DNA of 20,000 bases from an uncultured virus (IMG/VR IMGVR_UViG_3300035698_000446). Lineage: Duplodnaviria > Heunggongvirae > Uroviricota > Caudoviricetes. The position numbers were made by a program, and so were the translations under genes. The stretch lies in IMG/VR virus record IMGVR_UViG_3300035698_000446; one strand, 5' to 3'. Of the stretch, positions 10,601 through 16,663 are shown piece by piece (positions within the stretch are counted from its first letter, which is position 1; every line of letters begins with the position of its first letter). The notes beneath the pieces are model-generated. The model was not told the origin of the DNA. It ran no database searches and saw only the letters and a list, made by a program, of their open reading frames with translations.

Positions 10601-13600
10601 TAATGGGCGGACAAATTGTAGTATCGGCACCGGGTGATGACACACAAGGAATTGACACTGGAAGTATCTATGTATTCTCAAACCCAGCAATGACACGAGG
10701 ATGGAATCTTATAAGATACGAACAACCTAGAGTTGATGTTGACACAGTTAATAGGATGTTCTTATACAGTAAAGTATCCAACACCATCTTAACTAATTTA
10801 GAATTCATCGACCCTGCAAAAGGTAAGATATTAGGTGTTGCAGATCAAGAAATTTCCTTTAAAACTGAATACGATCCTGCTGTTTATAATCGCGGAGCAA
10901 AGGCAAACTCTGCCTTCCATTGGAGCGATTCACAAGTAAATCAAGTTTGGTGGAATTTAGGACAAGTTCGTTTTGTTGATTATGAACAAAGTAATTTAGA
11001 ATATCGTAGTATTAATTGGGGAAGACTATTCCCTGGCAGTCTAGTAGAAATCTGTGAATGGGTAGAAAGCACAGTGTTGCCTAGCCAATATGTTGATGCT
11101 GGATATGACGGCATACCAAAATATGCGGATAACAGCAACTATGTTGAGGTGTCTAGGGTAAATCCAATATCAAACATTATTGAAAGCGTTTATTATTTCT
11201 GGGTCACTAACAAAACCAGCCTGACAGGTAATGACGAAACTAGAAATTTATCTATACAAACAATTGCAAACTATATAGCCAATCCTAAATCACAAGGAAT
11301 TGCTTACTCAGCGATTATACAAAACAATGCAATCATAGTGTATAATGTTAGCGAATATCTATCAGCACAAAATACCATATTACATCTTGATCATGACCTG
11401 TTAAAGAATTCAAGTTTAATTCACAGTGAGTATGAATTAATACAACAAGGGAACCCAGTTGATCTAATCCCAAGTAAGATTGTTAACAAGATGATAGACA
11501 GTCTATCTGGAATTGATGCCAATGGCAGAACAGTACCAGACCCTACATTAAACCCAGCTGATAGGTACGGGATTGACATCCGACCAAGACAGACTATATT
11601 CAGTGATAGATTAAAAGCAATGGGTGATTTGGTCACTTATGTTAATTCTATATTGATCACTAAACCTATAGCACGTCAATATGATCTAACACAGATGCTT
11701 TCTGAAGAGGCAAAACCTAGTATCAAATTGGGCGAATATGATATTGCTATTCCAACAGAAGTAGAGTTGCCATATATTAATACATCCGATTTGTTAACTG
11801 GATATAAAGTATTAGTAGAGCAAGATACCACGCAGGATAACCTGTGGGTACTATATGAACTACAAGCTGATAACACTTGGGCATTGGCAAAAATACAAAG
11901 TTATAAAACTAGCCTTTATTGGTCATATGTTGATTGGTATGCCGCTGGGTATGATGCCAATGAGGTCATTGAGTATGTGGTTGATACTCTCCCGGATGCA
12001 TTAAAATTATCTGCATCAATTGGTGATGAAGTTTTAGTTAAAGTTACAACAGCTACTGGTGGCGGATGGAATTTATTAACTGTTACCAATGACGGTACGT
12101 ATGCAACGGTTGGCATACAAAACGGTACCATACAACTAAGTAAGTCTTTGGGTAATTTTAGTGATAACGGTATTGGCTTAGGTAATCAAGGATTTGAAGC
12201 AAACAGGTTTGACCAAAGCCCAAACATCGAAACAAGGTATATCATAAATGCACTGCGAGATGATATATTTGTTGGCGAGTTACAGGGAGAGTTTAATAAA
12301 CTATTCTTTGTGATGATTAATTATCTATTCACTGAGCAACAATATGTGGATTGGGTATTTAAAACAAGTTTCATTAGCGTAACCCATTATTTGAGAGAGT
12401 TAGGTCAACCGGCCAATTATATCAAAGACAATTTAACCTACTATGAGAATTACATAGAAGAAGTAAAACCATACAGGACTAAAATACGCGAGTATCTAAC
12501 AAACTATACTCGTAACGATTCGTTTGGCGGAGATCTAACTGACTTTGATCTTGCACCATATTATGATCAAGATCTAAAACAGTTCCGCAGTCCGAGTGGC
12601 GAGTATGTTGCAAAAGATAGTTCACTGTGGTCTACAGGATATCTAAATAACAATGGCGGATTGGTTAACATTGATTATCCAAATTGGTATAACAATAGAA
12701 CTTTTGTTGTTGACAACATAATTATAACCAATGCAGGCAGTGGATATACTAGCATACCTACTGTAACTATATCAGGCGGCGGGTCTAACGTACAAGCAAC
12801 AGCCACAGCAACAATCAATGGAGATACTGGTTCTGTAACTAGTATAACTGTGGTAACTGAAGGCAAGGATTATGTAACAACTCCGACAATTACAATCAAC
12901 GGAACAACAGTTAGTAACGTTACTATCATAGGTGGCAATGCAAATATAATATCAAATACATACACTGTTAATTCGACCAATGGGTTATTTGTTGGGATGT
13001 CGGCCAACACTGCATTCACAGCCAACACTATAATAGAAAACATTGATCGTGCAAATCTTAAAATAGTTATGACGACAGCTAACACAAGTGTGTTCACTAA
13101 CACAGCAATCAGCTTTGGGTTTACAACAACCACACAACAAGGCACTCCGGCAACTGCTTACGCTGTGTTAAAAAATAATAAAATAAGAACTTTTGATACC
13201 AAACTAAAATTTGATAGAATCTCTTATGGTACATCCGTACAACCTTGGCAAACTAATACATTCTTTGAATCCAACACTATCGTAAGTTACGGAAATGTTG
13301 GCTACCAAGTAATAGCAAATGTAACCACAAGTAACTCATTTGTTACTAGTGAGTATACTGTCTACTCGGCGGCTGATTTTGATAACGCCAACGATCGAAT
13401 CATGGCATATTACAGTCCGCAGTCAGACATGTCGGCTAAGGATTTAAATCAATTGATTCCTGGAATTGAATATCCAGGAGTGCAGGTACAAGGATTAAAC
13501 TTTAATCAACAACCTGGATTCAGTGGAGAAATACTAGCTAACGTAACATTTAGCGGAGCCCATGGATTAGTAGCAGGACACACAGGCAATGTAATCATAC

Positions 13601-15201
13601 AACCAGAAGCTGACATGTACTTAAACTTCTTAGCTGATCATATTTTTACAGTTGATGGTTCCACATCTGCTTACCCACTCTACAGTGTCTTTACAGCTAA
13701 CATTGGGGACTTTATTACACAACCATCAACTGGTGCAAATGCTATAGTGTATGGTAATGCCATTGGTGCAACACAAGGCAATGTAATTAGTTCAGCAACA
13801 GCCTACTTTATTAAGAATAATGATTTTACTTTTAACACTACAGGAAATATATTCATTAATGGAGATACTCTTCTATCTTCTAACGTATTTGCCGGCAACA
13901 CTAGTACATGGTCAAATGTTTCTATTAAACCAATATCATCTACTATTGCATTAACTACAGCAGTCGAATGGCCAGTGCTAGATGCTAATATATCTGTAAC
14001 CAGAGTATGGTCAGCAGTTAAAGTGCAAGGTACTATTAAATCAACAGCGGACTTTGTGTTAAGCAACACATCAATCCGCAATGGTAACATCAGGGTAGAT
14101 GGCACATGGAGAACAGTATATCCAACAGCCGTTGATTTTATAAGCTCTTTATCTACACCATACGACTCAACAGTGTTTGACGCAGTTGAATATGACGAAG
14201 ACGGTAATGAGATGCTTAGCCAAAATGCTGTAGACACTATCATCCGCAGTACTTACACAGACACAGCGTTAGGTAGCAGACCTGAAGACATTAATGTAGA
14301 TGGCGGAGCCTATGTTGACCGTTGGTCAAGTCATGCTCCAGAGGAACTAGTGCCAGGCATTGTATTTGACACGTTAAATATGCGAGTATTTACGTCAAAT
14401 GTCTCTACCTATACTAATGCTAATGCCACTGTAGGGTATAGAATATTTACTGATATATCAGGTGAAACAAATTTTTTAAGAATTGCCGACAGTTATAGCA
14501 CAACAACAGCTAAAGAATTGTTACGCAGTGATACTGAGATTTTTCTAAATAATACCGACATACTTATTACACCAGATCTAGGACTTAACGACCCTGGTGT
14601 AATCTTTATCAATGGTGAACGAATAACTTACTGGAGAAACTATGCCTCTGAAGTTGTAGATTGGACAGCCAACACTGCTTATGTTGACAGTGCAGTAATT
14701 AGATATGACAGCAATGTTTATGTAGCTACTGCAACCATTTCTGCTAACGCAGTATTTGACACAGGCAACGTGAGAGCTATATTCTCTGCTAACGCAATAG
14801 GACAAATACGTAGAGGTACCTGGGGGACTGCAACAGCAAATATAGTGCCTAATGGTAGTAGTGTTACTGACGGCACTCCAAAAACACAGCGAGTGCCAAA
14901 TACTGCATTTGGAACTACTACATTAAGTAGCAATTTAACTGTTGGTAATGCATACGTAAGAACTATCTTAGCCGGAACAACATTGGTCACATCAACCACC
15001 TGGCAGAATCCAGGAACTGGAACAGCCGCAGATGGCACAGGATTCAGTGGTGGCGAAACAGTACAAATACTGTTCTTAAAAGGTCAACCAGCTGACCACG
15101 AAGCAGATTTAATAGATCTACCAGCAGGAACATTAACAACAGAACTCGGAACGTCAGCTCTCATAACTGAAGCTTTAGACGACGTAATTATAAAAGAATA
15201 A
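1627..15201 (+). CDS. Giant (4524 aa) multidomain virion structural protein, probable baseplate wedge/gp7-like protein with adhesin-type domains
   Basis: Uninterrupted 13.6-kb ORF, T/N/G/S/V-rich. Motif FYKGYIKQKGTKNAIDAL (7498-7551) resembles the KGT motif of gp7/P2 gpI-type wedge proteins. Also seven FG-GAP-like repeats (8494-10677), NAGSGYTSIPTVTISGG (from 12730, common in myophage baseplate proteins) and three CBM5/12-like modules. The CDS is certain; the gp7 homology is inferred. Confidence 0.7.
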   Translation: MAARKSINLLPGVFRTDVNEKFLNATVDQLVSEPSLTTLYGYIGRQFSPTYQKGDSYVTEGTTKRQDYQLEPTTVIKNTKDETTFFASYLDFLNKVNYYGGYTNNHSRLFASEYYSFDPQMSYDKFVNFGQYYWLPNGPSTVQVNTGGVELIKGYTVSRNDNQNQYDFTSEGVQNNTLILARGGTYTFTVNQSAGFWIQTELGIDGLINVTPTISSRGVLGVENNGANVGTVTFTVPQSDAQDRFLAQNTVATVDYALPLAFSKVQNRLLSSFLEEFPQFAGLAGQLDGKTVVFVLQDQLTNVEDAWTVAYENSGESVEFDFGDIVPEGSRYGVWEVQLITSGSDQLINIYPTTSIPFDNKVYVKSGINYVNKEFYKEYTAFLEPVPVISSILDTLWIQDGERADIYTKIKIVEFNNFTIDVDNDILNESTYTSPNGIEFTSGLKIQFDNDVTPASYQGKTYYVENVGEAIRLVDETLLVTPELYNDEVATNYPLQRVMLTKSTTGIIPGGTIITVGTSSIEVYTDIAIGSTKITTLDSIANIDKGQAVSGHNSIASGTTVYEAFPDKVFPDYITIKRDALDLNAWSRSNRWVHSAVIEATATYNSEILVLSQDLRAQRPIIQFEGDLQLFNHGRIGKRHIDILDTVITDAFTELEGKTLTTAFGITLFDGMRVLFANDNDPLVKNKIYVLNLVQYEVDSDGAPEGTFHINLTKADDGDAEEWDSVVVGAGRYKGSAWWYNGTQWNESQQKTAAQQDPLFDVYDNNNRSLSNTDYYPRSSFVGTKLFGYQRGTTGTNDSVLGFPLSYRSFNSQGDILFSNYFNTDKFDYVIDQDVTEKSTNIGFLQSIQSNRTTTPKNTWHTVNEPSKQYQIFAFEYDGTNNLFALDVTPKNQNVHGFSDTIPYVKVYQNQKLLKQTQWTISATNKITLNTTLVQGDTINALVYSDQISKEAYYQVPLNLDLNAQNTDITSLTLGQIRNHVVALGTNSTALVGDILGLSNLRDISITGQGGSILQHSAPIPYAELFLIDDKANFVDAIQYAQREYAKFKNKFLELAVSSPGIDSSDPVASVDIILAQININKNVSSPWHYSDMIPYGTLKNVITYSVFDPFVLSYEITNVFSSTTLTNQAVLVYLNGTQLILGKDYSFDATRPAVTFDVNYVTFAVGDVITMVEYANTDGSYIPETPSKLGTYPKFMPEIITDDTYRTAITVIRGHDGSITPAFSDYRDTLLLELEKRIYNNIKLPDSNTYQNELLSAMPGKFRESGYSYSEVWNVTSKGFMTWVGRNRVDFSTNSSFQSNEPFTWNYSRFVDRIDGEYLPGSWRAVYQYFYDTIYPHIRPWEMLGFSTKPNWWEDRYGAGPYTGGNKLLWDDLEAGRIYGGPRSLVDMGSGVGIDTNYARPGLSQIIPVDQNGYLLSPEKVVALASNSIDAATSWATGQLGPVEWAWRSSSDYPYVLQQAMALLKPAVYFGRFIDTYNIRYNTSLRQYLTFVNNHHVRQDEIVYNGYIDPLLPTVINRGAGYLNWIADYLKNLGITPSVKINTMLENYNVKLAYKMAGFSDKKYLQVLAEQSSPTSTNASIMIPDENYDVLLNKSTPLSKLTYSAVIVEKSTNGFSVRGYDLHKPYFTIIPSIANNNGYGITVQDETGYVFNDYQSVKLTVPYGYEFKTIQQVVDFLISYERHLIAQGFTFNDRDGDLGETRNWKLSVREFLFWAQQGWKPGSILVLSPVTNSIKVVTQGNIVDGIEDSQHGSKIVDQNFNLVKNTGYQITRSSNNFSVTLSDDNVLALVELALVQYEHVLVFDNTTVFNDVIYRPELGNRQFRLKLIGQKTDLWDGSMYAPGFVYNNETVPEWQVGVDYLKGDLIVYKEQYYVALKNVPGTTEFNFTTWKQIPKSEIKSGLLSNFSTTAVESQSYYDSYGKIRDKDQMAYSHGLIGYKPRQYLDDLGLTETTQIEFYKGYIKQKGTKNAIDALTKANFNTLSSNINYYEEWAIRTGEYGAITSNPYVEIALDEKAISVNPATIKFVGTDNANEGNGLDTFNQGQLYKFFDQSGAKFNGNIAINRDSHSNYDNDILTAGYVNIDDVDTTIYDIADYSTLDNLTDVIGTGYTIWTAKDFTGKWNVYRVSETNNQVVLLTNALDGYVTWTSSGQHGLVKDDIFLVRGFDVNFDGFYQVYKTPDLKRVTAQYLGNPDNLDDLNTSNGTGMLFVLDSLRFQYMEDSRVFGLTDPKQGWRVGDKIWIDNDGETTTAQGQPYDVPSGGWKVYEKTKPWDYKESLLKSSSEYATNGYGQSVKFSYDGLLATVGSPFANTVPYYSGGAEVTTGRVNTFDKNYAGNLVAGTSLVPAAGNAIVVTSEFGHSIDQAVEKVAIGAPGSYGNIGLVYLYNRPAGTTSFNEPQVLWSKDVTTTGDRFGSSISLSEYGEWLYVGAPGNDRVYVYGLNTHVSSEQDIVSINNRNTLRLDGNVAAFVGDYVTYPLTGATARVISAGNTIIGSSWASNIVVDTAVGFDIGNVAANISINSIDSSLYAETLYSVSNLSVIGTSFTPSVANAADSLLVRNSNRTFIPYLDYTVSGTSISFKENLTQDTYVITQAPYYVLANVIQGESGSAFGSSMDSSLDGAQLGVGAPNANVFVAGEWVQGAGAVYVYDRVIEAFASTGTLTYTTTGTIDLVHKVSIDGITVEDYLPPTIGGTTLTFINPPALGQVVYIETNQFNLLEQLIGVDSLTGGTDAIQTGAAFGTDLTICSNNCAIYVGAPYYDNGTAYNTGAVWKFHNRGRLYGTNTGEALNPTFTPGNTIRLDNYEITLTGTTLDSLVDDINTADILGVTATNANGYLKLDSDSTVAKNLLRILSGSSNGVLQDAEMKVFAFMQIIVSPHNAQGEYFGNKVVLAQNAYMLVIGSERGTTKADATFDDSELTLDDDSTIFTDDINGSGSVYVYELYDDPRNEVENPGRYAFAQQLNLPDIDGNVLTPTDRLNSGDRFGAAIDVMGGQIVVSAPGDDTQGIDTGSIYVFSNPAMTRGWNLIRYEQPRVDVDTVNRMFLYSKVSNTILTNLEFIDPAKGKILGVADQEISFKTEYDPAVYNRGAKANSAFHWSDSQVNQVWWNLGQVRFVDYEQSNLEYRSINWGRLFPGSLVEICEWVESTVLPSQYVDAGYDGIPKYADNSNYVEVSRVNPISNIIESVYYFWVTNKTSLTGNDETRNLSIQTIANYIANPKSQGIAYSAIIQNNAIIVYNVSEYLSAQNTILHLDHDLLKNSSLIHSEYELIQQGNPVDLIPSKIVNKMIDSLSGIDANGRTVPDPTLNPADRYGIDIRPRQTIFSDRLKAMGDLVTYVNSILITKPIARQYDLTQMLSEEAKPSIKLGEYDIAIPTEVELPYINTSDLLTGYKVLVEQDTTQDNLWVLYELQADNTWALAKIQSYKTSLYWSYVDWYAAGYDANEVIEYVVDTLPDALKLSASIGDEVLVKVTTATGGGWNLLTVTNDGTYATVGIQNGTIQLSKSLGNFSDNGIGLGNQGFEANRFDQSPNIETRYIINALRDDIFVGELQGEFNKLFFVMINYLFTEQQYVDWVFKTSFISVTHYLRELGQPANYIKDNLTYYENYIEEVKPYRTKIREYLTNYTRNDSFGGDLTDFDLAPYYDQDLKQFRSPSGEYVAKDSSLWSTGYLNNNGGLVNIDYPNWYNNRTFVVDNIIITNAGSGYTSIPTVTISGGGSNVQATATATINGDTGSVTSITVVTEGKDYVTTPTITINGTTVSNVTIIGGNANIISNTYTVNSTNGLFVGMSANTAFTANTIIENIDRANLKIVMTTANTSVFTNTAISFGFTTTTQQGTPATAYAVLKNNKIRTFDTKLKFDRISYGTSVQPWQTNTFFESNTIVSYGNVGYQVIANVTTSNSFVTSEYTVYSAADFDNANDRIMAYYSPQSDMSAKDLNQLIPGIEYPGVQVQGLNFNQQPGFSGEILANVTFSGAHGLVAGHTGNVIIQPEADMYLNFLADHIFTVDGSTSAYPLYSVFTANIGDFITQPSTGANAIVYGNAIGATQGNVISSATAYFIKNNDFTFNTTGNIFINGDTLLSSNVFAGNTSTWSNVSIKPISSTIALTTAVEWPVLDANISVTRVWSAVKVQGTIKSTADFVLSNTSIRNGNIRVDGTWRTVYPTAVDFISSLSTPYDSTVFDAVEYDEDGNEMLSQNAVDTIIRSTYTDTALGSRPEDINVDGGAYVDRWSSHAPEELVPGIVFDTLNMRVFTSNVSTYTNANATVGYRIFTDISGETNFLRIADSYSTTTAKELLRSDTEIFLNNTDILITPDLGLNDPGVIFINGERITYWRNYASEVVDWTANTAYVDSAVIRYDSNVYVATATISANAVFDTGNVRAIFSANAIGQIRRGTWGTATANIVPNGSSVTDGTPKTQRVPNTAFGTTTLSSNLTVGNAYVRTILAGTTLVTSTTWQNPGTGTAADGTGFSGGETVQILFLKGQPADHEADLIDLPAGTLTTELGTSALITEALDDVIIKE
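8494..10677 (+). repeat. Seven FG-GAP (integrin-alpha-like) protein repeats within the giant protein
   Basis: YGQSV..VGSP (8497), FGHSI..IGAP..GLVYLY (8701), FGSSI..VGAP..RVYVY (8866), FGSSM..VGAP..GAVYVY (9460), FGTDL..VGAP..GAVWKF (9847), FGNKV..IGSE..GSVYVY (10285), FGAAI..VSAP..GSIYVF (10582). Confidence 0.85.
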
Positions 15202-15204
15202 ATA
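15198..15204 (+). promoter_or_regulatory. Putative T4-type late promoter (ATAAATA), overlapping the stop codon of the giant gene
   Basis: AATAAATA at 15197-15204, 19 nt before ATG 15224, followed by an AGGA Shine-Dalgarno-like sequence at 15211-15214. The T4 late consensus is TATAAATA. The same motif recurs in two other gaps. Confidence 0.6.
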
Positions 15205-15223
15205 GTGTATAGGATAAGAAATT

Positions 15224-16648
15224 ATGGCAATTAAAATAAGTGAACTGGCGAATCTAAGCGCCTGGACTGATGCAATTTATGTTCCGGTGGTTGAAACCGC
15301 GGGGAACACATTTTCTACGGTTAAATCAACATCAAGTGCATTAAAAACGTATGTACTTGGTACGATCCCTTCCGAACTTATTACACTGACAGCTAATACA
15401 GTTCAGCAAGCTACACAGTTGTATAATACTGAAGTAGCCATAGTCACAGCAAACATTGGGCAGATAGGTTATACAACAAATGCAGTAAACACAGCTAACA
15501 TTGGTCAAATAGGTTATACTGATAACGCAGTCACTACTGCTAATATCGGACAGATAGGTTATACTGATTTTGCCAACACCGTACAAGATGGCGTAATAAC
15601 ATCAAGAGTAAACACAGCAAACATTGGTCAAATAGGTTATACAACAAATGCAGTATCAACTGCTAATATCGGACAGATAGGGTATACTGATTTTGCCAAC
15701 ACCGTACAAGATGGCGTAATAACATCAAGAGTAAACACAGCTAACATTGGACAGATAGGGTATACTGATTTTGCCAACACCGTACAAGATGGCGTAATAA
15801 CATCAAGAGTAAACACAGCAAACATTGGCATGGTTGGATATATAGATTACTGGTCAACCTTTGCCAACACCGTACAAGATGGCGTAATAACATCAAGAGT
15901 AAACACAGCTAACATTGGACAAATAGGCTTCACCCTTAATGCAGTAAACACTGCCAACATTGGTATGATTGGTTATGTAGCTGACGCTGTGACGGCAGCA
16001 GGTGGTTACAGTAATGTTAAAGTTGATCAATATCTACCAACTTATACCGGCACAATAAAGGCTGGCATTGTTACGGTTACTGGTAATCTAATTGCTGGGC
16101 TAACATCGTTTGCCGCCATTAACTCAACTCCAATTGGTAATGCAACAGCTAGTACTGCTACATTTAGCACATTGACAGTTCCGGCTATAACAAAAAATGG
16201 CACCAACGGTGTTGGTGACATTGGTCAGACTGGCAATAGATTTGCGACTATATATGGTCTTGCAACTTCAGCCCAATATGCAGATTTGGCTGAAAAATAT
16301 GTAGCTGATGCGGACTACGAATCAGGAACGGTATTAGAGTTTGGTGGCGAGCATGAAGTTACATTAGCATCTGATGACACTAATAGAGTAGCAGGAGTAG
16401 TGTCAACACAACCAGCATTTAGAATGAATGATGAACTTGTAGCTGACCATGCGGTAATGATAGCATTGCAAGGGCGTGTACCATGTAAAGTACAAGGTAG
16501 TATAAGCAAAGGGGATATGCTAGTGTCGGCTGGCAATGGCAGGGCGCGATCTACAAACGATCCAAAATTTGGTACTGTTATCGGGAAAGCGTTAGAAGAA
16601 CATGAAGGAAACGACGGCATAATAGAAGTAGTTGTTGGCCGATTATAA
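15224..16648 (+). CDS. Tail-fibre/appendage-like protein with repeat stalk and C-terminal intramolecular-chaperone (Peptidase_G2-like) domain
   Basis: N-terminal MAIKISEL; nine TANIG repeats; C-terminal domain starting QYADLAEKY (16274-16300) with GRVPCKV..GDMLVS..GTVIGKALE, resembling the autocleaving chaperone domain family of phi29 gp12. AGGA 9 nt upstream of the ATG. Confidence 0.75.
   Translation: MAIKISELANLSAWTDAIYVPVVETAGNTFSTVKSTSSALKTYVLGTIPSELITLTANTVQQATQLYNTEVAIVTANIGQIGYTTNAVNTANIGQIGYTDNAVTTANIGQIGYTDFANTVQDGVITSRVNTANIGQIGYTTNAVSTANIGQIGYTDFANTVQDGVITSRVNTANIGQIGYTDFANTVQDGVITSRVNTANIGMVGYIDYWSTFANTVQDGVITSRVNTANIGQIGFTLNAVNTANIGMIGYVADAVTAAGGYSNVKVDQYLPTYTGTIKAGIVTVTGNLIAGLTSFAAINSTPIGNATASTATFSTLTVPAITKNGTNGVGDIGQTGNRFATIYGLATSAQYADLAEKYVADADYESGTVLEFGGEHEVTLASDDTNRVAGVVSTQPAFRMNDELVADHAVMIALQGRVPCKVQGSISKGDMLVSAGNGRARSTNDPKFGTVIGKALEEHEGNDGIIEVVVGRL
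15446..15994 (+). repeat. Intragenic tandem repeat array: nine TANIG(Q/M)(I/V)G(Y/F) units of 15,15,26,15,26,26,30,15,15 aa
   Basis: Read directly from the translation. A 50-nt block (TTTGCCAACACCGTACAAGATGGCGTAATAACATCAAGAGTAAACACAGC) is identical at 15569, 15692, 15770 and 15860. Confidence 0.95.
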
Positions 16649-16651
16649 GCG

Positions 16652-16658
16652 ATAAATA
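16652..16658 (+). promoter_or_regulatory. Putative T4-type late promoter (ATAAATA)
   Basis: GATAAATAA fills most of the 15-nt gap 16649-16663; the same GATAAATAA occurs at 18711. Confidence 0.6.
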
Positions 16659-16663
16659 AGCAT

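Noticed and set aside
8494..10677. Eukaryotic integrin or cellular surface adhesin gene
   Set aside because: No signal peptide or transmembrane segment, no introns, and the neighbours are phage baseplate and fibre genes with phage late-promoter-like motifs.
1627..15201. Intein or intron explaining the size of the giant ORF
   Set aside because: No C/S...HN-C/S/T splice pattern with LAGLIDADG or HNH motifs was recognised; the length is accounted for by structural repeat modules.
15569..15909. Identical 50-nt repeats as a possible CRISPR array
   Set aside because: The intervening sequences are themselves repeats of unequal length, all spacings are multiples of 3 within a coding frame, and no cas genes are present.
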